From positions 1-29,037 of IMG/VR virus record IMGVR_UViG_3300009181_000259: 29,037 nucleotides of DNA. One strand, given 5' to 3'. This DNA comes from a virus. Taxonomy: Duplodnaviria > Caudoviricetes. The position numbers and the translations under genes were made by a program. Shown piece after piece: positions 1 through 11,019 of the stretch (the stretch's first letter is position 1; each line of letters begins with the position of its first letter). Under the pieces are notes generated by a model, which had not been told where the DNA came from, did not search any database, and was given only the letters and a program-made list of their open reading frames with translations.

Positions 1-130
1 TAAAGAGTTTGTCTCTAGAACTTTAAGCACTTCACTGAAAATTACCGCTGGTAAACCAGTTGGTTTTACATTCTCTCCATGCTCGTAATCGTTCGTTCCG
101 AACGATATCGGAAAAATTAATTGATCCGAT
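1..130 (-). ncRNA. Putative TnpB omegaRNA (reRNA) scaffold, 5' part
   Basis: Adjacent hairpins ATCGTTCG/CGAACGAT (88-106) and ATCGGA/TCCGAT (107-130). The minus-strand GATTAC...GGAG...GTAA...TGAAG pattern is one I recall from tnpB 3' ends. Confidence 0.5.
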
Positions 131-227
131 GTTTTTAATTATTATGCAAAATATGTTTTTGTTTAAATAATTTAAAATGAATCGCATTCATCCCACAGGA
201 CGAGCCTGTGGGTTTTCTGCTCATGCA
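1..227 (-). mobile_element. Miniature non-autonomous IS200/IS605-family element (tnpB-less); right end lies just outside the window
   Basis: Perfect 8-bp hairpin CCCACAGG-acgag-CCTGTGGG (192-212) in the minus-strand context AGAAAACCCAC...GTGGGATGAAT, typical of IS605 left ends. About 70 nt further, the minus strand reads ISFGTNDYEHGENVKP..., resembling the TnpB C-terminal tail/omegaRNA region. Candidate TTTAT target motif at 228-232 (minus strand). Confidence 0.65.
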
Positions 228-229
228 AT

Positions 230-391
230 AAAATTGAATGTAATATACCAATTCTTTTCGAAGATCCTCTTATAACTCAAAACGAAAATGAATCAGTATA
301 CTACTATAAATTTTTAATTCAAGATCGTATCATTTACATAAGGGAAGATAGTTTCAAATATGAGCCAGTTTTATATACCGCTATTCTATAA
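230..391 (+). pseudogene. 3' part of a small gene interrupted by the mini-IS
   Basis: Open frame KIECNIPILFEDPLITQNENESVYYYKFLIQDRIIYIREDSFKYEPVLYTAIL* with no start codon, beginning at the inferred insertion junction. Confidence 0.5.
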
Positions 392-508
392 TGGACTAGT
401 GCTTTTGATTACAGTGTTATTGCTTATTTTTACAATTAATATGAAAAAATAAGCAAGTTTTAATAAGAAACCTATTTAACATAATAAGGTTATATTTTAG
501 GAGCGAAA

Positions 509-823
509 ATGAATAAAAGATATGCAAGACCTCTTCGTAGTGAACTTAATGAACTCAATGACATGCAATCTAAGACCGCAAAGGGTTCTAGTAATTTATA
601 CATGAAACGTTATCCAAACTTTTTTAAACGTGAAGATGTTCATGGAGATTTCGTTTCAGTGCAAAGAGAACTAAAAACACATATGCCAGCAGTTCGTATT
701 ATTAAAGAAGATATCGATGCTTCTTTTGCACGAATTCAATTTGATGTATCTCCAGTTGATGAAGTATTATTAGAAAAAATACTAGCTAAAAGAGGATTTG
801 TAAAAAATTCAAAATCTCTGTGA
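509..823 (+). CDS. Hypothetical protein (104 aa)
   Basis: ORF with AGGAG RBS and upstream CTATTTA motif. Confidence 0.85.
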   Translation: MNKRYARPLRSELNELNDMQSKTAKGSSNLYMKRYPNFFKREDVHGDFVSVQRELKTHMPAVRIIKEDIDASFARIQFDVSPVDEVLLEKILAKRGFVKNSKSL

Positions 824-897
824 CGGCATCTACCAGCATTTAAGTCTATAATCTTTATCTATTTCGTCGCTTTACAAAACTTTAATTGTATTAAATC

Positions 898-931
898 TTT
901 GATTTTTACTAAGTTAGTTGTAAAAATCAAA
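898..931. terminator. Intergenic 12-bp inverted repeat (terminator or operator)
   Basis: TTTGATTTTTAC (898-909) / GTAAAAATCAAA (920-931), 10-nt loop; very AT-rich. Confidence 0.4.
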
Positions 932-967
932 AAAATCTTTACATACTTGAAATAAAAGGGATAAATT

Positions 968-1828
968 ATGTCCAATCGACGAGGAGATGATGGTAGTCAG
1001 GAATGGTTTGATGGCGTACAACAACAGCGTATGCATCAAAGGCGATCACCAAATCAAAAAACAAATCAATCTTATCTAGACCAACGTGTAGGCCCACGGC
1101 ATCAGCAGCAACAGCAAGAGCAGATGGAGATCAATGATCCATATATTAAAAACATTGTTGATGGTTATAAGACTCAGCCACACTACGGGCCTGCACATTT
1201 AGGTGGAAAGGTAGTAGAAAAAAGCGTTGCGGCAAATTTTGAAGTTGAAGTAGATATGTCTACCTTACAGAATCAAATGATACAAAAACAAATGGAATTT
1301 CAAAGACAATCCGGTAATCAAGGATTTACGGTTGATGAAGAGCTTATGAAACTTCCACCGCACTTGCGTCAGCAATTTATGCCATTGACACAAGGACAGA
1401 TGCCACAGCAGCAAACGCAGCAGAATCAAGCCAGCCAGCCACAGAATCAGAGTATCATGCTAAAAGAAGGATACCCAGTCTATAGACCAATTCAACAATC
1501 TTTTGGAAATACAATGATATTAGCAAGAGAAATTGGTGTAATAAATCATCAGCTATCAAACCAGCAATTTATTATGCGTGGTGCAAGAAATGCATATGTC
1601 ATTCCACAGAACCAAACGTCAGTTAATATACAGGAAATTCAAAATAATCCAAGAATGTTGACTCAGTTAGTTGAGATTCAGGGATCGCCAATGTCTGGTT
1701 TAGGGTCTTTGTTGGTTTTACGTGAATCTATAACCACACAAGCCAATTCATATCCTGGTGGCAGACAAGTTATTACTGACGCAGCGCAACATCAATACGG
1801 TGGTGGTAGAACAATTCTAAAAGGATGA
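968..1828 (+). CDS. Gln-rich hypothetical protein (286 aa)
   Basis: Long ORF, AAGGG RBS, poly-Q tracts. Confidence 0.85.
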   Translation: MSNRRGDDGSQEWFDGVQQQRMHQRRSPNQKTNQSYLDQRVGPRHQQQQQEQMEINDPYIKNIVDGYKTQPHYGPAHLGGKVVEKSVAANFEVEVDMSTLQNQMIQKQMEFQRQSGNQGFTVDEELMKLPPHLRQQFMPLTQGQMPQQQTQQNQASQPQNQSIMLKEGYPVYRPIQQSFGNTMILAREIGVINHQLSNQQFIMRGARNAYVIPQNQTSVNIQEIQNNPRMLTQLVEIQGSPMSGLGSLLVLRESITTQANSYPGGRQVITDAAQHQYGGGRTILKG

Positions 1829-1829
1829 T

Positions 1830-2480
1830 ATGGAATTTATCTCAATAGTTCCAAATATAAAAAATTCAATAGCTCTAGACGAAGAAATAATAAATCTTAT
1901 TTCATCGGCTGAAGAGAATATCTCTCGCATAGTCATTCAAGATAATAATGGCTATGGCGTTTGTTTACCAGCATCAATAAATAAAGAAGATAGTGTAGTT
2001 GAATTCATATTACCAGAACAATTATGTATCTTTTTAGATTCAGAAACGTATCTTTGTAAATTTGAATGTATTCTGGAAACCCAGATAATTGTACCATTTA
2101 TTATGGACGCTAGGATTGATTTAAAGAACGATTACGTCAATGAAATTGATCCCACTGAGGAAGTGGCAGAAGAGACATTGAAATCGAATGCTAAGGCTTC
2201 CAGGCACCCTGACGAACATGATGATGAAGAGGATATGGACTCTATTTTAGATGCAATAGCACCGAAGCCAGCCCAGCAACCTAAAAAGGCTCACGTTGAA
2301 GATATAATCAAAAATCTTGATGAAGAGTTTGTCAAGCAAGCTTTGTGGATAAAGGAACAAAATAAACAAAATCCAAAAGTTGAATTTGTTCAGCCTATAC
2401 CAGAGGTTGTACCGGTATCAAAAGAAAGAATTGTTTTAAAAAACAAAATGAAAAATATTTTGCTTGATATGCTTAAATGA
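1830..2480 (+). CDS. Hypothetical protein with acidic middle region (216 aa)
   Basis: ORF starts 1 nt after the previous stop. Confidence 0.85.
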   Translation: MEFISIVPNIKNSIALDEEIINLISSAEENISRIVIQDNNGYGVCLPASINKEDSVVEFILPEQLCIFLDSETYLCKFECILETQIIVPFIMDARIDLKNDYVNEIDPTEEVAEETLKSNAKASRHPDEHDDEEDMDSILDAIAPKPAQQPKKAHVEDIIKNLDEEFVKQALWIKEQNKQNPKVEFVQPIPEVVPVSKERIVLKNKMKNILLDMLK

Positions 2481-3090
2481 CTTCAATAATAGAAACATCT
2501 CTAATAAGATGTCCGTGTATGTCTGAATTAAAACTAAATTTTAGCTCCTTATTCTCATATCCTATCAATTCCATTGTAAGCTTTTGATCTTCAAAAGAAA
2601 ATTTTGAGACAAACCATTCCCCAGTTGCTTCTGGCAAATTTCTTTGTCCAATGATCTTAAAAGCAACTCCAGGTTTATTTTTAAGAATATTGCCTAATAT
2701 ATTTGCTACTTTTCTTGCAGCAATAACATTAGGTTTCTCGGCTTTAATCTTGATTTGTTTTTTATTGACTGTATCTTTTTCTTTTGGCATTGAATGAACC
2801 TCATCAGTACCATAAGTATTATTTCCTACAATAACACCAAGAATATATTCTGAAACAGATGTGCCGAGTAGCTTCTCTTGTCCATTGATATTTAGAGTAG
2901 AAAATACCCTATCCGTATCTGTAATGGATTGTAGTTCAATAATTCTTGATCCTCCACGTCCACGTCCAGATTTAGATACAATTACTGTATAATCACCGTT
3001 TAATGTATTGAAAGGTTCAATAAAAGAAATATTGATAGATGAGCCAATTGAAGTTGCTTCGAGAAGAGAGTGTAGAATTTGTTTATCCAT
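2473..3090 (-). CDS. Hypothetical protein (205 aa)
   Basis: ORF with AAGGT RBS and a clear sigma70-type promoter upstream. Confidence 0.85.
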   Translation of the reverse strand: MDKQILHSLLEATSIGSSINISFIEPFNTLNGDYTVIVSKSGRGRGGSRIIELQSITDTDRVFSTLNINGQEKLLGTSVSEYILGVIVGNNTYGTDEVHSMPKEKDTVNKKQIKIKAEKPNVIAARKVANILGNILKNKPGVAFKIIGQRNLPEATGEWFVSKFSFEDQKLTMELIGYENKELKFSFNSDIHGHLIRDVSIIEVI

Positions 3091-3109
3091 GATTTACCTT
3101 TATATGTAA

Positions 3110-3138
3110 AGTTTACCATGTCACAAGAGACAAGTCAA
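3110..3138 (-). promoter_or_regulatory. Sigma70-type promoter
   Basis: Minus strand TTGACT-17 nt-TAAACT with extended -10 TG, about 20 nt before the ATG at 3090. Confidence 0.7.
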
Positions 3139-3152
3139 GTCTTAAAAACTAT

Positions 3153-5433
<2,281 letters not shown>

Positions 5434-5555
5434 TGGTATTATATTATTATTTTATCAAATATTTCATATTATGACTGAATAGTGGAGGACAACCAATAGA
5501 GAAGGATGTACTAATATGTTTGTATGATGATAATTAATCTTATAGGAATGTTGTA

Positions 5556-6317
5556 ATGATGAAAAAAATTGAAAAATCATATTTTATGGAAGAGCTTAGT
5601 GAAGGAATTATTGACAATTTAACTAAAAAAATTAGTGGATTTGGGCGTAAAATAACAGGAGATTCCGAGCCAGTAATGCTGACTCCAATGAAACAAAGAA
5701 ATTCTCAGTTTCCTAAAGCCAGAGAAAGAAAAATAACACCATTATCTACTGATTCACCAGAATCAAAAGTGAGAGAAGGTGGGACTTCAATAATGCGGCC
5801 AGATTTGGTGAGAAAGATTTGGACCATGAAGAAAGTAGAACCTCAACAAAAAGAGTTTTTTGTTAGCGTTTTCTCCAAAGACCCAGAGGCAGTTGCTTAT
5901 TTTAAAAAAGGAATTAAAAATGTTCTATGTGGAAATGTTGAACTTGATGGCGTAGATTTCACTCAGTTTGACAGTGCAATTATTCAATTTGTTAATGCTG
6001 GAATAATTGAGCCTATATATAAAGATTTATCTAAAAAAGTTTACGATATACTTTACGGTAAATCTAAACCAGAAAAAAATGATTTGTCTGGGTTTTGTAA
6101 ACAGCTAACTGAAGTTAAATCCTTATATACATCACTTCTAGAACTAGGCCCTTCAGCGCAGGGATTAGGGTCATATGATGAAAGGTTTGAAATAGAGACT
6201 GGTATAGATCGTGCAGAGGAATCAGGTCTTCTTGACTTTTCAGATAATATAAACGACAATGATGATTGTGAATCTCCTGCATCAGAAGTAGAGATTGACT
6301 TAAAGATTAGTCCATAG
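5556..6317 (+). CDS. Hypothetical protein, possible internal head protein (253 aa)
   Basis: ORF, ATAATTA motif upstream, N-terminal ...ELSE-GIID motif. Confidence 0.8.
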   Translation: MMKKIEKSYFMEELSEGIIDNLTKKISGFGRKITGDSEPVMLTPMKQRNSQFPKARERKITPLSTDSPESKVREGGTSIMRPDLVRKIWTMKKVEPQQKEFFVSVFSKDPEAVAYFKKGIKNVLCGNVELDGVDFTQFDSAIIQFVNAGIIEPIYKDLSKKVYDILYGKSKPEKNDLSGFCKQLTEVKSLYTSLLELGPSAQGLGSYDERFEIETGIDRAEESGLLDFSDNINDNDDCESPASEVEIDLKISP

Positions 6318-6345
6318 AAGTTATATTTAACAATTAAGGTGTATT

Positions 6346-7182
6346 ATGTCTACAGATAAAAATTTAGAAAAAATTATTCAAGAAGCAGTGGGTAATGTCC
6401 TCGGCTCTACAGTTAAAATTCAAAAACCAGTCAAGGAGATTATAAAAACAGTCAAAAATATAATAAGTGAAGCTGTTATATTAATGCCACGATCGTTTGT
6501 TTTAAAAACAGATGTTCAATCTCCTACCACCAAAGAAAATCATGAAAAACTATATAAATCATATGTTGATAGTTTTAATAAAATAAGCTCAAAACTTGAT
6601 TCGGTTTCGAAGCAGGATGCTGAAAATCCAAACGACTCAGAATTCAGACGTTTAAAAATTGATGAAAATCATAATATGAATGGGGCGAAATTTCACGAAC
6701 TATACTTCATGAACATCGGAGATCTAAACTCAGAGATTCGTGCAGACAGCATTCCATTTATGCGCTTAAGCCGTGATTGGGGTACTTTCGATCAATGGCA
6801 GTTGGATTTTCGTGCATGTGGCATGGCAGCAACAGAAGGGTGGGCAGTTTGTTACTTTGACCCATTCAAACAAAGATATTTCAATTGTTTCGTTGAAAAA
6901 CATAATATGTACATCCCGTTAATGGGCATACCAGTAATAATACTGGATACATGGCATCACGCATGGTTTTATGATTACCCAGGAGAAAAAATGGAATATC
7001 TTAATAAAAGCATGCGTGAATTAAATTGGGATGTAATAGAAATGCGAATGTTGGCCTCAGAAATGTCAAAACTGAATCAGATCTACGCTATACAGCCCGT
7101 TATATCAAATAAAAAAGAAGATCGTGGCATTACGCTTGGAACAAATACACCACCATTAGAAGTCACGGCAGGTAAAATATGA
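6346..7182 (+). CDS. Fe/Mn superoxide dismutase-family protein, divergent, with N-terminal extension
   Basis: NHEKLYKSYV, NGAKFHELYF, WGTFDQW..DF, GWAV, and LDTWHHAWFYDY (cf. canonical DxWEHAYYxDY). Confidence 0.88.
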   Translation: MSTDKNLEKIIQEAVGNVLGSTVKIQKPVKEIIKTVKNIISEAVILMPRSFVLKTDVQSPTTKENHEKLYKSYVDSFNKISSKLDSVSKQDAENPNDSEFRRLKIDENHNMNGAKFHELYFMNIGDLNSEIRADSIPFMRLSRDWGTFDQWQLDFRACGMAATEGWAVCYFDPFKQRYFNCFVEKHNMYIPLMGIPVIILDTWHHAWFYDYPGEKMEYLNKSMRELNWDVIEMRMLASEMSKLNQIYAIQPVISNKKEDRGITLGTNTPPLEVTAGKI

Positions 7183-7859
7183 GATTTAAATCACGAAATT
7201 ATTTTCTCTTAGAGCAAGACGATGCCGGGACAGAGCCAGCCGCTGGCGAAGGCACTCCTTTTATAGCGCCAAAGGATCGTCTAATTACAACCCCAGACGC
7301 ACGTGATTCATTTATTGAGACTGATGCATCAGTAGATGAAAAAATAGACAAATATCTTATGCAATACGAGAAAGATGCGGTTCCTCTTCCTGGCCCAGAC
7401 GCTGAGAAGGAACCGGGCGGTGCCAAATCAATTGGTGAGGGTAAGTTTACAAAGCTTTCTTATATTTTGTTTGAACAAGACGCACCACCTCCAGATGCAC
7501 CAGCCGAAGCACCACCTCCAGATGCACCAGCCGAAACACCCCCGTCAGATGCAGCAGCGCCAAGCGGGTCTGCCGAAGTGGCACCCGTTCCAAAAATAAA
7601 TATTCGCAAATTTGCCGAAGGTATTGCTAGACTTGTAAACAATTATCAGAGTTTAATTGATCCGAAAAGAATAATATTGAATAGAGCGCAAGCATATATA
7701 ACTAAAAATTATTCTACAAGACTTGCTAAAGAACTTATGTCAATACTAGAGAGAGATTTCGATTTAACATCTAAGACTAATAATCAAAGACAAGAAGAAT
7801 ATCCTCCTGCGCCAAGGGCTGGCGCAGCCGGTCCTGCTGGTGGCGGTGGCGCAGCATAG
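7179..7859 (+). CDS. Pro/Ala/acidic-rich hypothetical protein (226 aa)
   Basis: ATGA overlap with SOD; LLE-QD and LFE-QD motifs. Confidence 0.85.
   Translation: MRFKSRNYFLLEQDDAGTEPAAGEGTPFIAPKDRLITTPDARDSFIETDASVDEKIDKYLMQYEKDAVPLPGPDAEKEPGGAKSIGEGKFTKLSYILFEQDAPPPDAPAEAPPPDAPAETPPSDAAAPSGSAEVAPVPKINIRKFAEGIARLVNNYQSLIDPKRIILNRAQAYITKNYSTRLAKELMSILERDFDLTSKTNNQRQEEYPPAPRAGAAGPAGGGGAA
7482..7562 (+). repeat. 27-bp coding tandem repeat (2 exact + 1 degenerate copies; APPPDAPAE)
   Basis: GCACCACCTCCAGATGCACCAGCCGAA at 7482-7508 and 7509-7535; degenerate copy at 7536-7562. Confidence 0.9.
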
Positions 7860-7866
7860 ATTTGAT

Positions 7867-8151
7867 ATGAAGGAATTCGAAGAGAGAATAAAGACCGGTA
7901 TTTGGTTGGATTTACCAAAATCTTCTTTAACGGCTTGTCGAAAAATGTTGTTTGAAAACGGCGTATCTTTACAAGAGTTATTTTGTCAAGTTATTGTTAT
8001 GGTTGAAAATAAAGATCCAATTATTAAGACAATATTGGAGGCAGCTAAAACAAACAAATTTGCTAATACTAAAAGAGAATATGTGTTTACAAATGCTAAA
8101 TCAATATATGCTGCCTTGGAAAGAAAAAATACACTAAAAAATAGAGAGTGA
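7867..8151 (+). CDS. Hypothetical protein (likely start at ATG 7867)
   Basis: The ORF track starts at 7840, but the in-frame ATG at 7867 avoids overlap with the upstream gene. Confidence 0.75.
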   Translation: MKEFEERIKTGIWLDLPKSSLTACRKMLFENGVSLQELFCQVIVMVENKDPIIKTILEAAKTNKFANTKREYVFTNAKSIYAALERKNTLKNRE

Positions 8152-8534
8152 TTATGGCTGAAAATAAAGAGAGAAAAATAAAAAAATCTGTTATTGAAAA
8201 AACAACAGAAGTACAGCCAAATTTAATCTGTAATGATCCAGAAGAGTTGCCGAAGAGGCTAAAGGAGTTTGAAACAAAAGTTATTTTGGAACAGATGAAA
8301 ATAACTGAAAAAAGTATTTCTTTAATATACAAGGAAATACTTTCTGATCGTGCAGCTATGAAAGAAATAAAACAAATACTTTCTTATATTCTTCTTACAC
8401 AGGAAGAGATAATGAATGTTCTAAATGGTCATATAGAACAACAATCCGAAGAAGACATTGATAAAAAAATGGCTTCTGACGCTGAAGAATACGCTGAAGA
8501 AGAAATGAAAGATGGTAATAAGAAATGGAACTAA
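8148..8534 (+). CDS. Hypothetical coiled-coil protein (about 128 aa)
   Basis: ORF coupled to its neighbours. Confidence 0.8.
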   Translation: MIMAENKERKIKKSVIEKTTEVQPNLICNDPEELPKRLKEFETKVILEQMKITEKSISLIYKEILSDRAAMKEIKQILSYILLTQEEIMNVLNGHIEQQSEEDIDKKMASDAEEYAEEEMKDGNKKWN

Positions 8535-8959
8535 TATCTTTGAAAAATAAATTATTTTTTTTAAAAATTTATAGTTTTATCAAGACGAATTGGTTATCTT
8601 TTATATTAGGAATTGGTATTATTTACACTGTAATGATTGCAAAGAACAAAGAAGAAAATATAAAACTATTGCTTTCTGAACGTGAAAGAATTAATAAAGA
8701 GCACCAAGAAACTTTACAAAACATTCAGAATCAAGTTGAAGATGAAATAAAAAAACGTCAAGAAATTGAAAAGAAATACAATGACCTAATGCTGAAGATT
8801 AAAAATGAATACGATCAAGGGGTCATAGAAATTGCAGAAACTAAGAAAAAAGAAATTAAAGCATTGATCGAAAGAAATAACGAAAACCCAGCAGCCATGG
8901 CAAATTCTATAAATCAATTATTTGGGATACAGATTATTGAAATGAAAGAAATAACGTGA
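8525..8959 (+). CDS. Single-TM coiled-coil protein, i-spanin (Rz)-like
   Basis: N-terminal hydrophobic helix WLSFILGIGIIYTVMIA followed by a long charged helical region; immediately upstream of a lipoprotein. Confidence 0.55.
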   Translation: MELISLKNKLFFLKIYSFIKTNWLSFILGIGIIYTVMIAKNKEENIKLLLSERERINKEHQETLQNIQNQVEDEIKKRQEIEKKYNDLMLKIKNEYDQGVIEIAETKKKEIKALIERNNENPAAMANSINQLFGIQIIEMKEIT

Positions 8960-9534
8960 AAAAATTATTTTTAACATTTTTTTTATTAGCGTGCGCTCCT
9001 AAAAATACAAATACTCTAAGAACTTTCTCCGCACAAAATGACCCTGCGCCAACAAGTATAGATCTTAGCGCATATTCTACTCCACCTTTACCAGACCTAT
9101 CGAATCAAGTTAATATAAGATCAATGCCCGTTGACTCAGCGGCTTCAGCACGCCAAGCGATCATTAGACAAGGCGCAAGATATGAGTCTCCGTTTGATGG
9201 TGTTTGTTTTAATAACGAAGCTGAAGCTGTAATAGAGGCATCATTCTCAGAACAAATACGTTCTCAGCGAAATGAAAACCGAAGAGCATTGGCCGAAACA
9301 AATGCACGAGCCCTAAGAGATTTAAGTACTATGCAAGCTGATGCAAATTTATTACGCTCACTATACCAATCCAGGTTAAATGATCGTGATCAAGAACTAA
9401 GCAGCGCCAACAGAATTATAAATTCATTAGAAAGAGCTAGCTCAACAAATGTTTGGTATAATATAGCGTGGGCTTCTCTCGGTGGTTTAATTGGCATTGC
9501 TACAAGTGGAATATATTTATTAGTAACACACTAA
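8956..9534 (+). CDS. Lipoprotein with C-terminal TM helix, spanin-like
   Basis: Signal MKKLFLTFFLLA-C (lipobox), coiled coil, C-terminal IAWASLGGLIGIATSGIYLLV. Confidence 0.6.
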   Translation: MKKLFLTFFLLACAPKNTNTLRTFSAQNDPAPTSIDLSAYSTPPLPDLSNQVNIRSMPVDSAASARQAIIRQGARYESPFDGVCFNNEAEAVIEASFSEQIRSQRNENRRALAETNARALRDLSTMQADANLLRSLYQSRLNDRDQELSSANRIINSLERASSTNVWYNIAWASLGGLIGIATSGIYLLVTH

Positions 9535-9544
9535 GGAATATATT

Positions 9545-9787
9545 ATGGCATTTTTATTTAAAAACAGTGACGGTAAACCAAGCTTAAGTTTCACTATGGT
9601 TTACGCTTCTTTTTTCGTAGCTTTGGTATGGTTTGCATTGTCTATTGTAAACACACCACACATTAAATCTTTTGATGTATCTACAGCATCCGGTTTTCTA
9701 TCTCCTTTATTGGCTCTGTATTTCGGAAGAAAATGGTCCGACTCCAAGAACACTTCAACGGACTCTACATCCACAACAACACCATAA
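9545..9787 (+). CDS. Small 2-TM membrane protein, holin-like
   Basis: Two hydrophobic segments (DGKPSLSFTMVY..., ...LALYFGRKW), polar tail, AAGGA RBS. Confidence 0.55.
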   Translation: MAFLFKNSDGKPSLSFTMVYASFFVALVWFALSIVNTPHIKSFDVSTASGFLSPLLALYFGRKWSDSKNTSTDSTSTTTP

Positions 9788-9887
9788 TATAATATTCTCA
9801 ACTTCTCAAAAATCAAAAAACACTTGTTTTAAAGCATTTTGTAATATTCGTAACTATTTATATCTTAGGATAAAATAAATTATCCGA

Positions 9888-10199
9888 ATGGAGATTTTTA
9901 TGCTAACCGGAAAAGAATATCTAGAAAGCATCAACAATGCTATTAGTGAGGATATAGAAACCGAGATGCAACGGTTAGAATATTTCATTAAATCAAATTA
10001 TCGTGCAAAAAACAACAGATACCCATTTCAGTTTTTAGTAAGATGCTGCCGACTGGAAGTTATCGATGCTTTATCAGAATATCTAGAAAGCAATGGGTGG
10101 ACTGTTGAAAAAACGAAAGATTTTTTATATATAACACCAGCCAGAAAAACTTCTACGGAAAATTTTTTTACAGAATTGACTCCAAAAAATAAACCATAA
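9888..10199 (+). CDS. Hypothetical protein (about 100 aa; start may be ATG 9900)
   Basis: ORF; GGAG lies just before the second ATG. Confidence 0.75.
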   Translation: MEIFMLTGKEYLESINNAISEDIETEMQRLEYFIKSNYRAKNNRYPFQFLVRCCRLEVIDALSEYLESNGWTVEKTKDFLYITPARKTSTENFFTELTPKNKP

Positions 10200-10218
10200 T
10201 TAATCATTGGAGAATATA

Positions 10219-10392
10219 ATGAAAAATATAAAAAAGCTACACAGAGATGTAGGTGGATTGTCTACAGTGGAATATGTAATTTTGTTAATTTTGGTTTGCG
10301 TAGCTGGCATATCTGCATGGAGAACGTTTGGAAATAACGTCGTTAGCAAAGTCACTTCGGGAAGCAACCAAATCCAAGGTCTTGGGCCTTGA
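10219..10392 (+). CDS. flp: Flp family type IVb pilin
   Basis: MKNIKKLHRDVGG|LSTVEYVILLILVCVAGISAWRTFG: basic leader, G cleavage site, E+5/Y+6, hydrophobic helix; 57 aa; GGAG RBS before ATG 10219. Confidence 0.88.
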   Translation: MKNIKKLHRDVGGLSTVEYVILLILVCVAGISAWRTFGNNVVSKVTSGSNQIQGLGP

Positions 10393-10505
10393 GTTTTTAT
10401 TTCCACAGCAGAAATTTTTGAGATCGATTCTTTTTAATATAATTAAATCTAACCACCATAATTATACATAACCTCGTTATTACAAAAAAAGGTAGGGATA
10501 TAAAA

Positions 10506-10988
10506 ATGGCAATTTCAACAACAATCGACTCAACACTAGGCGTAGTTTCAACATTAGTTACAAGTGGCAACTCATTAGTCGTAACAGGAACAGCAGATTT
10601 CACTGGCGCATCCGTAACAGGCGTTACAGCAGATCCAAATGTGGCAGAAGTAGATGATCCATCAATTTCTTCGCCAGAAACCTATAACTGCACAGCTGGC
10701 ACCCGTGTTTTCCGTGTGGTAGCTGCTCTTGGTGGCAACTGGACCATCGCTGGTCTTACAAACCTCAGTCTCCCAGCAGGTCAAGCAACAACAGTTAAGA
10801 TTCTTGGCTCAACAACTGTAGCAGATCGCACAGTAACACTAACAAGCATGACTGTGGATGGTACTTCAGCAACGGTATGGCCAGCAACTGTCAAAGTAAA
10901 GAAAGATAAAGGTGCTGGTCTTTCTCTAGATGTTGTCCGTTCTGGTGCCAGCTATTTCGTATTTGGATCAGAAATAGCAAGCAGCTAA
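10506..10988 (+). CDS. Thr/Val/Ser-rich beta protein, probable virion structural protein
   Basis: Composition; ATAATTA motif upstream; N-terminus paralogous to that of the 11555 gene. Confidence 0.75.
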   Translation: MAISTTIDSTLGVVSTLVTSGNSLVVTGTADFTGASVTGVTADPNVAEVDDPSISSPETYNCTAGTRVFRVVAALGGNWTIAGLTNLSLPAGQATTVKILGSTTVADRTVTLTSMTVDGTSATVWPATVKVKKDKGAGLSLDVVRSGASYFVFGSEIASS

Positions 10989-11019
10989 ACAAATGCACTG
11001 GTTATTGTTATGCTAGTGC

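Noticed and set aside
7482-7562. CRISPR-like array
   Set aside because: The 27-bp units are directly adjacent without spacers and are in frame in a Pro/Ala linker.
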